A stretch of 64,000 nucleotides of DNA from an uncultured delta proteobacterium (GCA_963776345.1 CAVZMH010000017.1:128001-192000), one strand, 5' to 3'; counted from the first letter of the stretch, positions 1 through 12,816 are shown. Notes: generated by a model from the sequence alone, not told the origin. Translations and numbers: made by a program.

Positions 1-1391
1 GCTTGCCGAACGTGTTCCTCCAGAACCTCGAGGGGAGCAAGGCCCTGCCCACGCCGAACCTCGAGGCCGAGCAGTTCGGCGCGCGCACCGTCCGCGACCT
101 GACCTGGAAGAACGGGCTCGACCTCTACAGCTGCACCGAGTGCGGCCGCTGCCAGACCCACTGCCCGACGTACATCACCGGGAAGCCGCTCACCCACAAG
201 GGCGTGAACCAGGACCTCAAGCACTGGATCTGGGACCACCAGGCGCAGGTGGCGAACGACCACCTGGCGCCGGGGACCGACGCCGAGCTGCCGCCGATGA
301 TCGGCAGCGCGCTGAAGGCGGAGACGGTCTGGGCCTGCACGACGTGTGGCTGGTGTGAGCGCGCCTGCCCGGTGTTCATCGAGAACGTGCCGCGCCTCAT
401 CGAGATGCGCCGCTACCAGGTGCAGGTGGAGGCGGTCTTCCCCCCCGAGATCCAGCGGGTCTTCGAGGGCATGGAGCGGCAGGGCAACCCCTGGGGCGTG
501 GGGCAGGACCGGCGCGACGAGTGGGCCGAGGACCTGTCGCTCCCGGTCTGGGACGGGCCGGGCAAGTACGAGTACCTGTTCTTCGTCGGCTGCGCCGGGA
601 GCTACGACGACCGGCAGAAGAAGGTCAGCCGGGCGCTGGTGCGCATCCTCCGCGAGGCCAAGGTCTCCTTCGCCACGCTGGGGAAGCAGGAGATGTGCAA
701 CGGGGACTCGGCCCGGCGGCTGGGGAACGAGTACCTGTACCAGACCCTGGCCAAGACCAACGTCGAGGCGTTCAACGGGCTGGGGGTCAAGGCGGTCATC
801 ACCCAGTGCCCCCACTGCTTCAACACCATCAAGAACGAGTACCCGGGGTTCGGCGGGGACTACCGGGTGATCAGCCACACCGAGCTGATCAGCGAGCTCA
901 TCCGGGAAAAGCGCATCAAGCTGTCACGGGTGATGGACGCCACGCTGACCTACCACGACCCCTGCTACCTCGGCCGGCACAACGGGGTGTACGACGCCCC
1001 CCGGCAGGCGCTGGCGGCCATCCCCGGGCTCAAGATCGTCGAGATGCAGCGGAGCAAGCGCGAGTCGTTCTGCTGCGGCGCGGGCGGCGGGCGGATGTGG
1101 ATGGAGGAGCACCTCGGGACACGCATCAACCAGAACCGGATGAACGAGGTGGCGCTCACGCTGGCGCACGCCAAGAACCCGGCGATCCCCTTCCCCTCGG
1201 CGACGGACAAGGACCGGCCCGGGAAGGTGGGCGACTACAGCGGTCCTGGCGAGGGAACGGTGGCGGTGGCCTGCCCGTTCTGCAGCACCATGCTCCGCGA
1301 CGCGGCGAACGAGACCGGCCGCGAAGCCATCGTGGTGAAGGACGTGGCCGAGCTGGTCGCCGAGTCGATGGGCCCCGCTCCGGCGAGCTGA
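1..1391 (+). CDS. Fe-S oxidoreductase (HdrD/GlpC/FadF-like), 5'-truncated
   Basis: Two CxxCxxCxxxCP motifs (CTECGRCQTHCP, CTTCGWCERACP) and CCG-type domains (YHDPCYLGR, FCCGAGGG, ACPFC). Confidence 0.9.
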   Translation, partial: LPNVFLQNLEGSKALPTPNLEAEQFGARTVRDLTWKNGLDLYSCTECGRCQTHCPTYITGKPLTHKGVNQDLKHWIWDHQAQVANDHLAPGTDAELPPMIGSALKAETVWACTTCGWCERACPVFIENVPRLIEMRRYQVQVEAVFPPEIQRVFEGMERQGNPWGVGQDRRDEWAEDLSLPVWDGPGKYEYLFFVGCAGSYDDRQKKVSRALVRILREAKVSFATLGKQEMCNGDSARRLGNEYLYQTLAKTNVEAFNGLGVKAVITQCPHCFNTIKNEYPGFGGDYRVISHTELISELIREKRIKLSRVMDATLTYHDPCYLGRHNGVYDAPRQALAAIPGLKIVEMQRSKRESFCCGAGGGRMWMEEHLGTRINQNRMNEVALTLAHAKNPAIPFPSATDKDRPGKVGDYSGPGEGTVAVACPFCSTMLRDAANETGREAIVVKDVAELVAESMGPAPAS

Positions 1392-1421
1392 GCCCGCGTG
1401 CCAATGTGCTCGAGTTCCGCT

Positions 1422-1587
1422 CCCGCGAAAGGTGTCCCGCGAAAGGTGTCCCCACGAAAGGTGTCAGACACCTCGTTTTGTCCTGTGAATCAGAGGACTT
1501 ACGAGGCGGTCGCGGGGGTGTCGGCGGTTACTTGAGGTGGTAACGAGGTGTTTGGCACCCTTCCGCAGCAGTGTTTGGCACCCTTCC
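1422..1587. repeat. REP/REPIN-like repeat cluster
   Basis: Three tandem ~14-bp units ending CGAAAGGTGT, the palindrome GGTGTCAGACACC (1460-1472), an inverted copy GGTAACGAGGTGTTTGGCACC (1539-1559), and the direct repeat GTGTTTGGCACCCTTCC (1548-1564, 1571-1587). Lies between convergent genes. Confidence 0.75.
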
Positions 1588-1622
1588 CGCCGCGTCGGGC
1601 CGCTCGACCGTCGGAATCAGGC

Positions 1623-2039
1623 TCAGGCCGGAACCGCGGCCGGCTCCTCGGTGAGCTCCTGCATCGTGCGCCAGAACGCGACCCAGCCGTCCGCCCGGCG
1701 CTCGAGCGCCCACAGCTCGACGCCGTGTGCACGCCAGTCACGGCCCCCGCGCGCATAGATCATGTCGAAGGCGATCTCCGCCATCGCGGCCAACGCTCCC
1801 CCTTCCACGCTCCGGCGGTCCTCGCGGTACGAGCGCAGCCGCGTGCTCGAGGTGAACTCGCGGTAGCTGTCCATCAACCGGTCCCGCCCGCACAGCCGCA
1901 TCCCGAACCCGGGGAAGACGAAGGTGATCTCCGGATCGAGCACCGGCGCCATGTCCTCGAGCGGCCCCTGGCGCCAGGCGAGCTGGATGCGATCGAGGAC
2001 GCGCAGCACTGCGACCTCGGTGTCCGATGGAGCGGGCAT
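1623..2039 (-). CDS. NTF2-like/DUF4440 family protein
   Basis: 138 aa with the typical NTF2 pattern (AWRQG..., GRDRLMDSYREF, ...DGWVAFWRT). Confidence 0.7.
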   Translation of the reverse strand: MPAPSDTEVAVLRVLDRIQLAWRQGPLEDMAPVLDPEITFVFPGFGMRLCGRDRLMDSYREFTSSTRLRSYREDRRSVEGGALAAMAEIAFDMIYARGGRDWRAHGVELWALERRADGWVAFWRTMQELTEEPAAVPA

Positions 2040-2153
2040 GGAAGGACCCCCGGCGAAGGGGGCGCACCGTAGCAGCGGCGCGGCGCCCGCTTCCAGAGGC
2101 CCGGGGGGCGCGCGGGGAGGACTCGCACCCGGGGAGAAGAAGGCCCGCGCTCC

Positions 2154-3008
2154 TCAGGCCTGCGGCCGCTGCACGAGCCCCCGCTCCAGAGAGGCGAGCC
2201 GGGCCATCGTCTGCGCGTACAGCGTGTCCACCTTGGCGTGGAGCTGCGTCACCTCGAGCCCCGCCTTGATGTTCGCCGCGTATTCCGAGTCGCTCCGGAT
2301 CCGGTCCCCGGCCGCCTGCCGGTTCTGCGCGATGAGCACGAAGCAGCTGAGGAAGATGCTCTCCAGCGACACCGCCATGGTGAGGAATCCGAAGGGGAAC
2401 GGGTCGAACGCCCGCACCCGCGGGAGCATGTTCACGTTCACCACGATCCACACGATGAAGAGCAGCAGGTGGAGCACCAGGAAGGGAATGCTCCCGCTGA
2501 ACTCGGCCAGCCACTCGGCCGTTCGCTGCACCCCTGTCCGGTGCTGCTCCACCTCCTGGTTGGGCGAGACGCTCGACTGCGACTGGAGAAGATGGTCCGC
2601 CTCCCGGAGCCGCCGGCCGATGACCCCGAGCACGTCCAGGGCCGCGTCCGGGTGCTTGCGGAAGAGGGCCTCGAGGGCCGCCCGATCGATCTCCACCGCC
2701 CGGGTCGCCTCGGTCGCCTGGGCATCCGCGGTCCGCTCACGGCCGTCGAGCAGGGAGAGCTCGCCGAAGAAGTCTCCCGGGCCGAGCTGGCCGAGAAGCA
2801 CCCGTCTCCCGGTGGTGGTGTCGACCGAGATCTCCACCGCGCCCTGGGCGATGACGTAGAGCGCCGCGCCCGGATCGCCGCGGCGAAAGATCCGCGACCC
2901 GGCGGGAAAGTCGCACAGGTGCATCGCCGCAGCGAGCGTCGCGCGCTCGGTGGGGTCGAGCGCCTGGAACAGCGGAACTTCGGCGAGCAGCGATTCCTCG
3001 GCAGGCAT
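2154..3008 (-). CDS. cNMP-binding domain + DUF1003 membrane protein
   Basis: Phosphate-binding cassette GDFFGELSLLDGRERTAD, then DUF1003 (FDPFPFGFL...LIAQNRQ...DRIRS). Confidence 0.9.
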   Translation of the reverse strand: MPAEESLLAEVPLFQALDPTERATLAAAMHLCDFPAGSRIFRRGDPGAALYVIAQGAVEISVDTTTGRRVLLGQLGPGDFFGELSLLDGRERTADAQATEATRAVEIDRAALEALFRKHPDAALDVLGVIGRRLREADHLLQSQSSVSPNQEVEQHRTGVQRTAEWLAEFSGSIPFLVLHLLLFIVWIVVNVNMLPRVRAFDPFPFGFLTMAVSLESIFLSCFVLIAQNRQAAGDRIRSDSEYAANIKAGLEVTQLHAKVDTLYAQTMARLASLERGLVQRPQA

Positions 3009-3052
3009 CGGGCGTCCTCCGACCCCCGTTCTGCCACGGCCCGCCTCCCGGA

Positions 3053-3370
3053 CTAGCGAGGATCCGGCGGCGACCCCGGCGAGGAGGGAGCCGTCACCCG
3101 CCCGGCCGGCATCCGCTGGCCCCGGGCATAGACGTAGGTCGCCGCCAGCGCCGTCAGGATCCCGAGGAACCCCGCCAGATCCACCCCGCTTGCATCGGCA
3201 GCGGCGGCGGCGAGGGGGATCGCCTCGGAGGGCTCGACCTCACCGCCCTCCGGCCTCGCGCTCTGGGCGCGGAGCCGGGCGGCGCGCCGGTCCTCGCGCG
3301 CGGTCCCGGCGAGGGCCGGAAGGGAAAGGAGAGCGAGACAGAGCGCGCAGCGACGGAGCGAGGGAGACAT
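3053..3370 (-). CDS. hypothetical exported/membrane-anchored protein
   Basis: Signal peptide (..LPALA), C-terminal hydrophobic helix, co-oriented with neighbours. Confidence 0.5.
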   Translation of the reverse strand: MSPSLRRCALCLALLSLPALAGTAREDRRAARLRAQSARPEGGEVEPSEAIPLAAAAADASGVDLAGFLGILTALAATYVYARGQRMPAGRVTAPSSPGSPPDPR

Positions 3371-3452
3371 CGACGGGATGCCTTCGATTCTCGCCCACGC
3401 CGGAGCGAGCCGTCACCCGTCCCGCGGCCTCATCGACGTGGGTGAGTGTCGC

Positions 3453-3977
3453 TCAACGTCCGAGCTTCACCAACTCGTTGCGGCAGATGTGGCACAGCGA
3501 CGGCTGCTGGCGGTCCACGTCGGCCAGCGAGGTCGCGGCGAACATCGCGCACCGCGCGTCCTCGCAGTAGCTCAGGCCGACGAGGTGCCCCGCCTGGTGC
3601 AGCCCCTGGATCTGCACCCGGCGCCGGAAGATTGTCTCGTCCGCCCCTTGCCGCAGCCGCGAGACGCTGAGGATCGCCACCCGGGACTCGCGGTCCGCCT
3701 CGCCGAAGACGAACGGGCTGTCGGGGACGAAGAGGTCGACGTCGGTCACGCCGAGCACCGTCCCCTCGCGGTCGAGCAGCGGGACCAGCCGCCGCATGAT
3801 GGCGTTGGAGTGGTACTGGTTCCGGTCCTTGTTGAAGGCGTAGGCCGGGGAGGCGAGGGCGGGCTTCCCGTACCCCACCGTCAGCCCGAGCTGGGTGGTC
3901 AGAGGGGCCTCGAGCTCCCGCAGCAGCGTCAGCGGGGCGTTGCCGATGGCGACCATCTGCAGCACGCGGGGAACCAC
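3453..3977 (-). CDS. archaemetzincin-like protein, probably non-proteolytic
   Basis: AmzA-like blocks (RNQYHS, GVTDVDLF, FVFGEA, C..M, LC..C). Zn motif reads HQAGHLVGLSYC. AGGAGG RBS upstream. Confidence 0.85.
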   Translation of the reverse strand: MVPRVLQMVAIGNAPLTLLRELEAPLTTQLGLTVGYGKPALASPAYAFNKDRNQYHSNAIMRRLVPLLDREGTVLGVTDVDLFVPDSPFVFGEADRESRVAILSVSRLRQGADETIFRRRVQIQGLHQAGHLVGLSYCEDARCAMFAATSLADVDRQQPSLCHICRNELVKLGR

Positions 3978-4007
3978 GGAAGGACCCTCCTACGGAAGGC
4001 AGCGAGG

Positions 4008-4078
4008 CTGGGGCGCAAGGATTCGAACCTTGATAGTCAGATCCAAAGTCTGACGTCCTGCCGTTAGACGACGCCCCA
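4008..4078 (-). tRNA. tRNA-Gln (TTG)
   Basis: TGGGGCG/CGCCCCA acceptor stem, anticodon arm TCAGA-CTTTGGA-TCTGA, T-loop GGTTCGAATCC. CCA not encoded (CCT). Confidence 0.97.
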
Positions 4079-4156
4079 GTACATTCAACGGCGTGTGGGG
4101 GGAGCATAAGGGCTTCTCTCGCCCGTCCCAACCAAAGCGAGCGGCGGCCCCGTCCG

Positions 4157-7311
<3,155 letters not shown>

Positions 7312-7399
7312 TCACAAGCGGGGCAGGCGGGCTCAACTGATTGACATTTCAGGGGAATCTGGCTCCTGGAAGCCGGGCGGAACCGGTCCCGGATCGGCC

Positions 7400-7852
7400 T
7401 CAGGCGTCGACCCGCGGAGCCCTCTCCGGACGGGCCAGGACCCGGCCCAGATCGGCGAACACGGAGGGGTCGGAGAACAGCGCCCGGGGCAGCTCGCGAC
7501 GGGTTCCGTCGGCGAGGGTGAGCACCCAGCGAGGTGCCCACCGACCGGTCTGTCGCACCGTCTCGATCTGCGGCCAGAACACGCGCTCGATGCGCCCGTC
7601 GAGCGCCCGGGCGAGATCGGCGCCGGCGAGGTCCACGCGCACGCCGTACCCCTCGCGAGGCCGGAGGCGCCAGGCGAGCCACACGAAGGCCCCACCGAGC
7701 GCCAGGCCGGCCACGCCCCGCGCCGAGGCGGTGGCGCTCCCGCGACCGGCCCGGACGAGCCCGGCCATCCCGAACGCCACGCCAACGACGGCGAAGGCGG
7801 CCAGGAGCGCGCGGAGCCGCGTGGGTCGGTAGGGAAAGAACCTGGGCGTCAT
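7400..7852 (-). CDS. hypothetical membrane protein (2 TM + small soluble domain)
   Basis: ATGA overlap with the recF stop; two hydrophobic helices. Confidence 0.7.
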   Translation of the reverse strand: MTPRFFPYRPTRLRALLAAFAVVGVAFGMAGLVRAGRGSATASARGVAGLALGGAFVWLAWRLRPREGYGVRVDLAGADLARALDGRIERVFWPQIETVRQTGRWAPRWVLTLADGTRRELPRALFSDPSVFADLGRVLARPERAPRVDA

Positions 7853-8979
7853 GCGGTCCGCGCAGGACGGAGCCGAGCATCCTCCGTGACCGCTCCCGAG
7901 TCGACGCGGAGCCAGAGCGAGTCCGGGCCCGAGGCCCGGGCGACGAGGGAGGCGTCGGTGGTGGTGAGCAACACCTGCGCCCGGCTCTCGGCGACGGTGT
8001 GCATGAGAAAGGCGTTGCGCTCCGGGTCGAGCTCGCTCGAGACGTCGTCGAGGAGGAGCAGCGGCGGCCTCCCGAATGCGGCGCGGACGTTCTCGATCTC
8101 GGCGATCTTCCAGCCAAGCACCAGCGCTCGACCCTGTCCCTGCGAGGCGTAGGCCCGCGCGCTCCGTCCTCCGAGCGTGAGCTGTAGGTCGTCGGCGTGT
8201 GGGCCCACGGAGGTGAAGCCCCGCTCGCGATCGCGCCCCAGCCGCTCGCCGAGCGCTTGACGGAGCGCGCCCTCGAGACCGTCCTCGGTCTGCGGATGGT
8301 GCGTCCCGAGGTGGAGCGCGGTGTAGCCGACGGCGACGTCGGGGAGCTGCGAGATGGCCCGCACCGCGGTGACCGCCCGGGGTCCCAGCTCGTCCAGGAG
8401 CGCGCGGCGTCGGACGAGGACCCGGGAACCCGTCCGGGCGAGCGTCTCGTCATAGGCCTCGACGTAGCTCGCCGGCGCATGCTCCTTGAGCAGCCGATTC
8501 CGGCTCTTGAGCGCCCGCTGGTAGGCCCGGTGCTCGCGGAGGTACGCCGGGAACCGGTTGAACACGGCGCGATCGAGGAACGCCCGCCGCACCTCCGGCC
8601 CGCCCTTCACCACCTCGAGGTCATCCGGGGTGAAGGCGACCACGCTCACCCCGCCGAAGTAGTCCTCGAGCCTGGCGGCCCGCTTCCCGTCGACGAAGGA
8701 CTGCCGCAGGCCGGCGGCGACCTGGACCGAGATCTCCCGCTCTGCCCCGCCGAGGGTGAAGCGGCCGGTCACCGTGGCCTGCTCCGTGCCGAAGCGCACC
8801 AGCTCCGAGAGCCGGTTGGCGCGGAGCGGCCGGAGGGTGCAGAGGAAGTAGACCGCCTCGAGCAGGCTGGTCTTGCCCTGGCCGTTGCTGCCCACCACCA
8901 CGGTCGCGTGCGGCGACGGCCGGATGGAGACCGAGCGCAGGTTGCGAAAGTCGGAAGCCTGGAGTTGCTCGAGGAGCAC
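7849..8979 (-). CDS. recF: DNA replication/repair protein RecF
   Basis: FRNL, GSNGQGKTSLLEAV, GPHADD, ASQGQ, LLLDDVSSELD. GTG start overlaps the dnaN TAG. Confidence 0.97.
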   Translation of the reverse strand: MLLEQLQASDFRNLRSVSIRPSPHATVVVGSNGQGKTSLLEAVYFLCTLRPLRANRLSELVRFGTEQATVTGRFTLGGAEREISVQVAAGLRQSFVDGKRAARLEDYFGGVSVVAFTPDDLEVVKGGPEVRRAFLDRAVFNRFPAYLREHRAYQRALKSRNRLLKEHAPASYVEAYDETLARTGSRVLVRRRALLDELGPRAVTAVRAISQLPDVAVGYTALHLGTHHPQTEDGLEGALRQALGERLGRDRERGFTSVGPHADDLQLTLGGRSARAYASQGQGRALVLGWKIAEIENVRAAFGRPPLLLLDDVSSELDPERNAFLMHTVAESRAQVLLTTTDASLVARASGPDSLWLRVDSGAVTEDARLRPARTA

Positions 8980-10085
8980 TACACCCGCATCGGCATGACC
9001 ACCGCGGTGTAGCTGCGATCGCCCGGGACGTGCAGGACGCCCGGGCTGTGGTCGTCTCCGAGCTCGAAGGCGACCTCGTCGGTGTCGAGCACGGCGAGCA
9101 CGTCGGTCAGGTAGCGGGCGTTGAAGCCGATGGTGATCTCGCCGCCGTCGTACTGGACCTCGAGGTCGTCCTTGGCCTCGCCCAGGTCCGGGTTCTGCGA
9201 GCTGATGCGCAGCTGGTTGGTGGTGAGGCCGATCTTCACCGCGTTCGACTTGTCCACGCTGAGCAGCGCGATGCGCTTGAGCGCTTCCTGGAAGCGAACG
9301 CGGGGGAGCTTCACCTTGCGCTCGCCTTCCTTGGGGATGACCCGCTGGTACTCGGGGAACTGCCCGTCGATGAGGCGCATCACCATGGTCAGCCCAGGCT
9401 TCTTGAAGAGCGCCGAGTTCTCCGCGAACCCCAGCGCGCACTCGGCGTCGGGCGCCTCGTCGAGCAGCCGGCGGAGCTCGTGAAGGCCCTTGCGCGGGAT
9501 GATGACCCCGCCCTTGAGCTTGAAGTCCCCGGCGAGCTCGCGCTCGATCAGGGCGAGCCGGTGGCCGTCGGTGGCGACCATCCGGACCTTCCCGCCCTCG
9601 CGGGGCTCGAAGAAGACGCCGTTGAGGATGTAGCGGGTCTCGTCGGTGGAGATGGCGAAGGAGGTCTTGCGGATCATCTCCAGCAGCACCGGACCCGGCA
9701 CCGCGACCAGGTGCGCGCTCTCTTCCCTGGGGAGCTTCGGGTACTCCTCGGGAGACATCCCGACGATCTTGAAATGCGCGCTGCCGCTCTGGAGCTCGGC
9801 GTACTGGTTGGGCAGCTTGCGAACGGTGACCTGCGGCTCGGGCAGGTTCTGGACGATGTCGAAGAGGGTCTTGGCCGAGAGGGTGAGGCTGCCGGGCTTG
9901 GTGACCTCGGCGGGGTGCTCGCTGACGATGCCCACGTCGAGATCGAAGGCGGTGATCTGCACGCCCGACTTGGTCGCGTTGACCAGGACGTTGGAGAGGA
10001 TGGGCATGGTGGTCTTCCGCTCCACGATGCCCTGGGCCCGGTACAGCGCTCGCTTCAGCTCCTCCGCAGCGATGCGGAATTCCAT
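8979..10085 (-). CDS. dnaN: DNA polymerase III beta clamp
   Basis: PILSNV, ATDGHRLA, RLIDGQFPEYQRVIP, VVMPMRV. Confidence 0.98.
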   Translation of the reverse strand: MEFRIAAEELKRALYRAQGIVERKTTMPILSNVLVNATKSGVQITAFDLDVGIVSEHPAEVTKPGSLTLSAKTLFDIVQNLPEPQVTVRKLPNQYAELQSGSAHFKIVGMSPEEYPKLPREESAHLVAVPGPVLLEMIRKTSFAISTDETRYILNGVFFEPREGGKVRMVATDGHRLALIERELAGDFKLKGGVIIPRKGLHELRRLLDEAPDAECALGFAENSALFKKPGLTMVMRLIDGQFPEYQRVIPKEGERKVKLPRVRFQEALKRIALLSVDKSNAVKIGLTTNQLRISSQNPDLGEAKDDLEVQYDGGEITIGFNARYLTDVLAVLDTDEVAFELGDDHSPGVLHVPGDRSYTAVVMPMRV

Positions 10086-10322
10086 GTGCCCATCGTCTCC
10101 CGCGGAGGAGACATCGCCACTCCGCCCGGCGCTCCGTGTAGCCCGCGCATGCGAGGTGCGTCAAACGCGCCGAGGGCTCCGGGAGGAAGCCATGCGTTGG
10201 CCGATCTGGACGCCGCCGAGGTCCAGACGGGCGGGAGACGCCGGTGCAGATCCGCGGAAGGACTCGGGGATATATATGGAGATTGATTTTGCGAGACGTT
10301 CTCAAGTAAGGCGTGGTCCAGC

Positions 10323-10724
10323 ATGGGCTCTCGCCTCGTCCTCGCCTTCACCGTGCTCGGAGCGGTGCTCGTTCTGGCCTGCGCGCACGCCGGCTTCGTG
10401 CCCCAGCCGACCTTGTTGGACGTGGCGCGCATCCAGCCGGTGGACCCGGGGTTGAGCCTCGAGGAGATGCAGGCGGGCCGTGCGGCGTACGTCCAGCGGT
10501 GCAGCAGCTGCCACCCCGTGCATGGGCCCGGCGAGTACCGGGGAGACCAGTGGCCAGGCCTGGTGACACGCATGCAGCGGGAGAAGAAGGTCAAGATCCC
10601 CGAGCACGACCGGGTGCTGCTGGAGCGGTACCTGGTCGCGTTCAGCTCCACGGCGCCCAAGGGGGACGCGGGCGTGATGGGTCCGGGCCTCGGAGCGAGC
10701 TCGGCTCCTTCGGCTTCACGCTGA
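10323..10724 (+). CDS. monoheme c-type cytochrome lipoprotein
   Basis: Lipobox LVLAC, CSSCH heme motif, distal W...V.RM. Confidence 0.8.
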   Translation: MGSRLVLAFTVLGAVLVLACAHAGFVPQPTLLDVARIQPVDPGLSLEEMQAGRAAYVQRCSSCHPVHGPGEYRGDQWPGLVTRMQREKKVKIPEHDRVLLERYLVAFSSTAPKGDAGVMGPGLGASSAPSASR

Positions 10725-10799
10725 TCGCGGCGCGTTGAACGCTCTTCCTAGAAGCAGGTGGGGCGAGCGCGCTGGGGTTCCGTGCACCGGCGTTCGTTG

Positions 10800-11170
10800 C
10801 GGCACCGGCTGTGGCTTCAAGAGAATTGGATCATGGATCTATGGGGTGGTGGAAGCCGGTCCCGCAGACTTGGGGAGAGCGACGCAAGATCGGGCGGGGC
10901 CTCGCGATTCCGATCTTCCCGGCTGTGGAGAAGTGATGTGGTTTTCCACGGCGACACACAACCGTTGCGCGGCGGACGTGGACTCTCCACACCTGGGCCA
11001 CTCCGGCCCCCAGGGCACTCCGGAGATTATCGACACCAGGCTTGAACAGGCTCTCCCCACAAGTTCCGGACAACATGGACAGGCAGGGGAGGTTCTCCAC
11101 TCTCGAGTGACAGGGAGCACACCGGAAACGACCAACATCTCCACATTGTGCAAGACGGTGGAGAACCTCG
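10800..11170. other. putative oriC (degenerate DnaA-box cluster)
   Basis: Between dnaA and dnaN: TGTGGAGAA 10924, TTTTCCACG 10942, CTCTCCACA 10983, TTATCGACA 11027, CTCCCCACA 11053, TTCTCCACT 11093, ATCTCCACA 11137, GGTGGAGAA 11157. AT-richer, GATC-containing tract at ~10818-10842. Confidence 0.75.
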
Positions 11171-11240
11171 GTGCCGAGCGGTCGGAGCTTCTCGCACGCC
11201 CGCACGGCCCGCCTGAACGACTCGCCGGTCGGCGGACGTC

Positions 11241-12596
11241 TCAGCCCGGACCGAGCTTGCTCTCCAGCTCGTCCAGCTCCTTCCGGATGCCGGTGTCGAG
11301 CTCGCGCTGCCGCTCGACCTTCCGGACCGAGGAGATGACGGTGGAGTGGTCCTTGTTGAAGCGGGCGGCGATCTCCGGGTACGAGCTCCGGGTCAGCTTC
11401 CGCGCGAGGTACATCGCCACCTGGCGCGCGTGGGACAGCTGCTTCGTCCGCCGGTCGGCACGCAGCTCCTCGACCGCGACCTTGTAGAACCGCGCCGTCT
11501 CGCGCTGGATGTGGTCGATGTCGATCGGTCGCTGCGCGGGGAGGATGTCCCGGAGCACCTGCGCCGCGAACTCCTCGGTCACCGGCTGCCCGGTGAGGCT
11601 GTGCACCGCGGAGATCTTGATCAGCGCCCCCTCGAGCTCGCGCACGTTCTTCTGCACGTGCTTGGCGATGAAGTGGCAGACGTTGTCCGGGAGCTCGAAC
11701 CCGTCGGCCTCGGCCTTCTTCTTGAGGATCGCCACCCGCGTCTCGTAGTTCGGCTCCTGGATGTCGGTGATCAGGCCCATCGCGAACCGGCTCCGGAGCC
11801 GGTCCTCGAGGCCGGGGATCTCCGCCGGCACCGCGTCCGAGGTGAGCACGATGGCCTTCGACATCTCGTGGAGCGCGTTGAAGGTGTAGAAGAACTCCTT
11901 CTGCGTCTCCTCGCGCTTGGCGAGGAACTGGATGTCGTCGATCAAGAGGACGTCGCACTCGTCGCGAAACTTGCGGCGGAAGTCCGTCATCTTGTGATCG
12001 CGGACGCTCTCCACGAACTCGTTGGTGAACTCCTCGGACGAGAGGTAGACGATCCGCGCCCCCGGATTCTTGGCGAAGATCGCGTTGCCCACCGCGTGGA
12101 GCAGGTGCGTCTTCCCCAGCCCCGTTCCCCCGTAGATGAAGAGCGGGTTGTAGGCCCGTCCCGGACTCTCGGCCACGGCGGCGGCGGCGGCGGCCGGGAG
12201 CTGGTTGCTCTCGGCGACCACGTAGTTCACGAAGGTGAAGCGCTCGTTCAGGCGCGGGGGGCGCGGGGCCGAGCTCGAGGCCCGTCCGGCGGTCGCGCCG
12301 CCGTCCGCGTCGGGGTGCGCGGTGCCCACCACCTCGTAGCCGATCCCCATCGGGGTGCCGTGAACGCGCGACAGCGCCTCCTCGAGCAGTGGCCGGTAGT
12401 GGTCGTCCACCCAGTCGCGAAAGAAGCGGTCAGGAACGCCCAGGATCAGCGCCCCGTCCTTCACCTCCATGGCGTACATCCGGTCGAGCCAGGTCAAGGC
12501 GTAGGACTTGCCGTCCTCGCGCAGCAGGGCGAGCGTTTTTTCCCAGAGTGCATCGGCACTTGCGGGCACGGACGACTGCTCGGGAAAAGCCGACAC
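11241..12596 (-). CDS. dnaA: chromosomal replication initiator DnaA
   Basis: YNPLFIYGGTGLGKTHL, LLIDDIQFL, RLRSRF, NVRELEGAL, RQVAMYL, KDHSTV. Confidence 0.98.
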   Translation of the reverse strand: MSAFPEQSSVPASADALWEKTLALLREDGKSYALTWLDRMYAMEVKDGALILGVPDRFFRDWVDDHYRPLLEEALSRVHGTPMGIGYEVVGTAHPDADGGATAGRASSSAPRPPRLNERFTFVNYVVAESNQLPAAAAAAVAESPGRAYNPLFIYGGTGLGKTHLLHAVGNAIFAKNPGARIVYLSSEEFTNEFVESVRDHKMTDFRRKFRDECDVLLIDDIQFLAKREETQKEFFYTFNALHEMSKAIVLTSDAVPAEIPGLEDRLRSRFAMGLITDIQEPNYETRVAILKKKAEADGFELPDNVCHFIAKHVQKNVRELEGALIKISAVHSLTGQPVTEEFAAQVLRDILPAQRPIDIDHIQRETARFYKVAVEELRADRRTKQLSHARQVAMYLARKLTRSSYPEIAARFNKDHSTVISSVRKVERQRELDTGIRKELDELESKLGPG

Positions 12597-12738
12597 GAGA
12601 ACGCGACCTCGGGAGGGGAACGACCGGTCCTGTGGAGCAGGGGGCGGGGGGCGTGTTGTACGACTTCCCGCGGTCGTTTGTGGACCAAAAAGGTGCGGGC
12701 CCGGCGTTGCCTCGACGCGCCTGTGACTCGCCGGCGCA

Positions 12739-12767
12739 TTGACTCGAACGCGGCCCCTGGGTTAAGC
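12739..12767 (+). promoter_or_regulatory. putative sigma70 promoter of rpmH operon
   Basis: TTGACT-N17-TTAAGC. DnaA-box-like TGTGGAGCA (12631) and TGTGGACCA (12679) lie in the same divergent gap. Confidence 0.4.
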
Positions 12768-12816
12768 GCGCGGCCCTCCTCTCAGTCAGTCGTAGACCTT
12801 CTCGGAGCATCGCCCC

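Noticed and set aside
1422..1587. CRISPR array interpretation of the short repeats
   Set aside because: Units are 14-21 bp with no unique regular spacers, and no cas genes are present.
4008..4078. tRNA-Gln as an integration site
   Set aside because: No integrase and no duplicated tRNA 3' end seen.
10735..11240. ORFs across the dnaA-downstream region
   Set aside because: No coding features; the region is explained by DnaA-box-like motifs.
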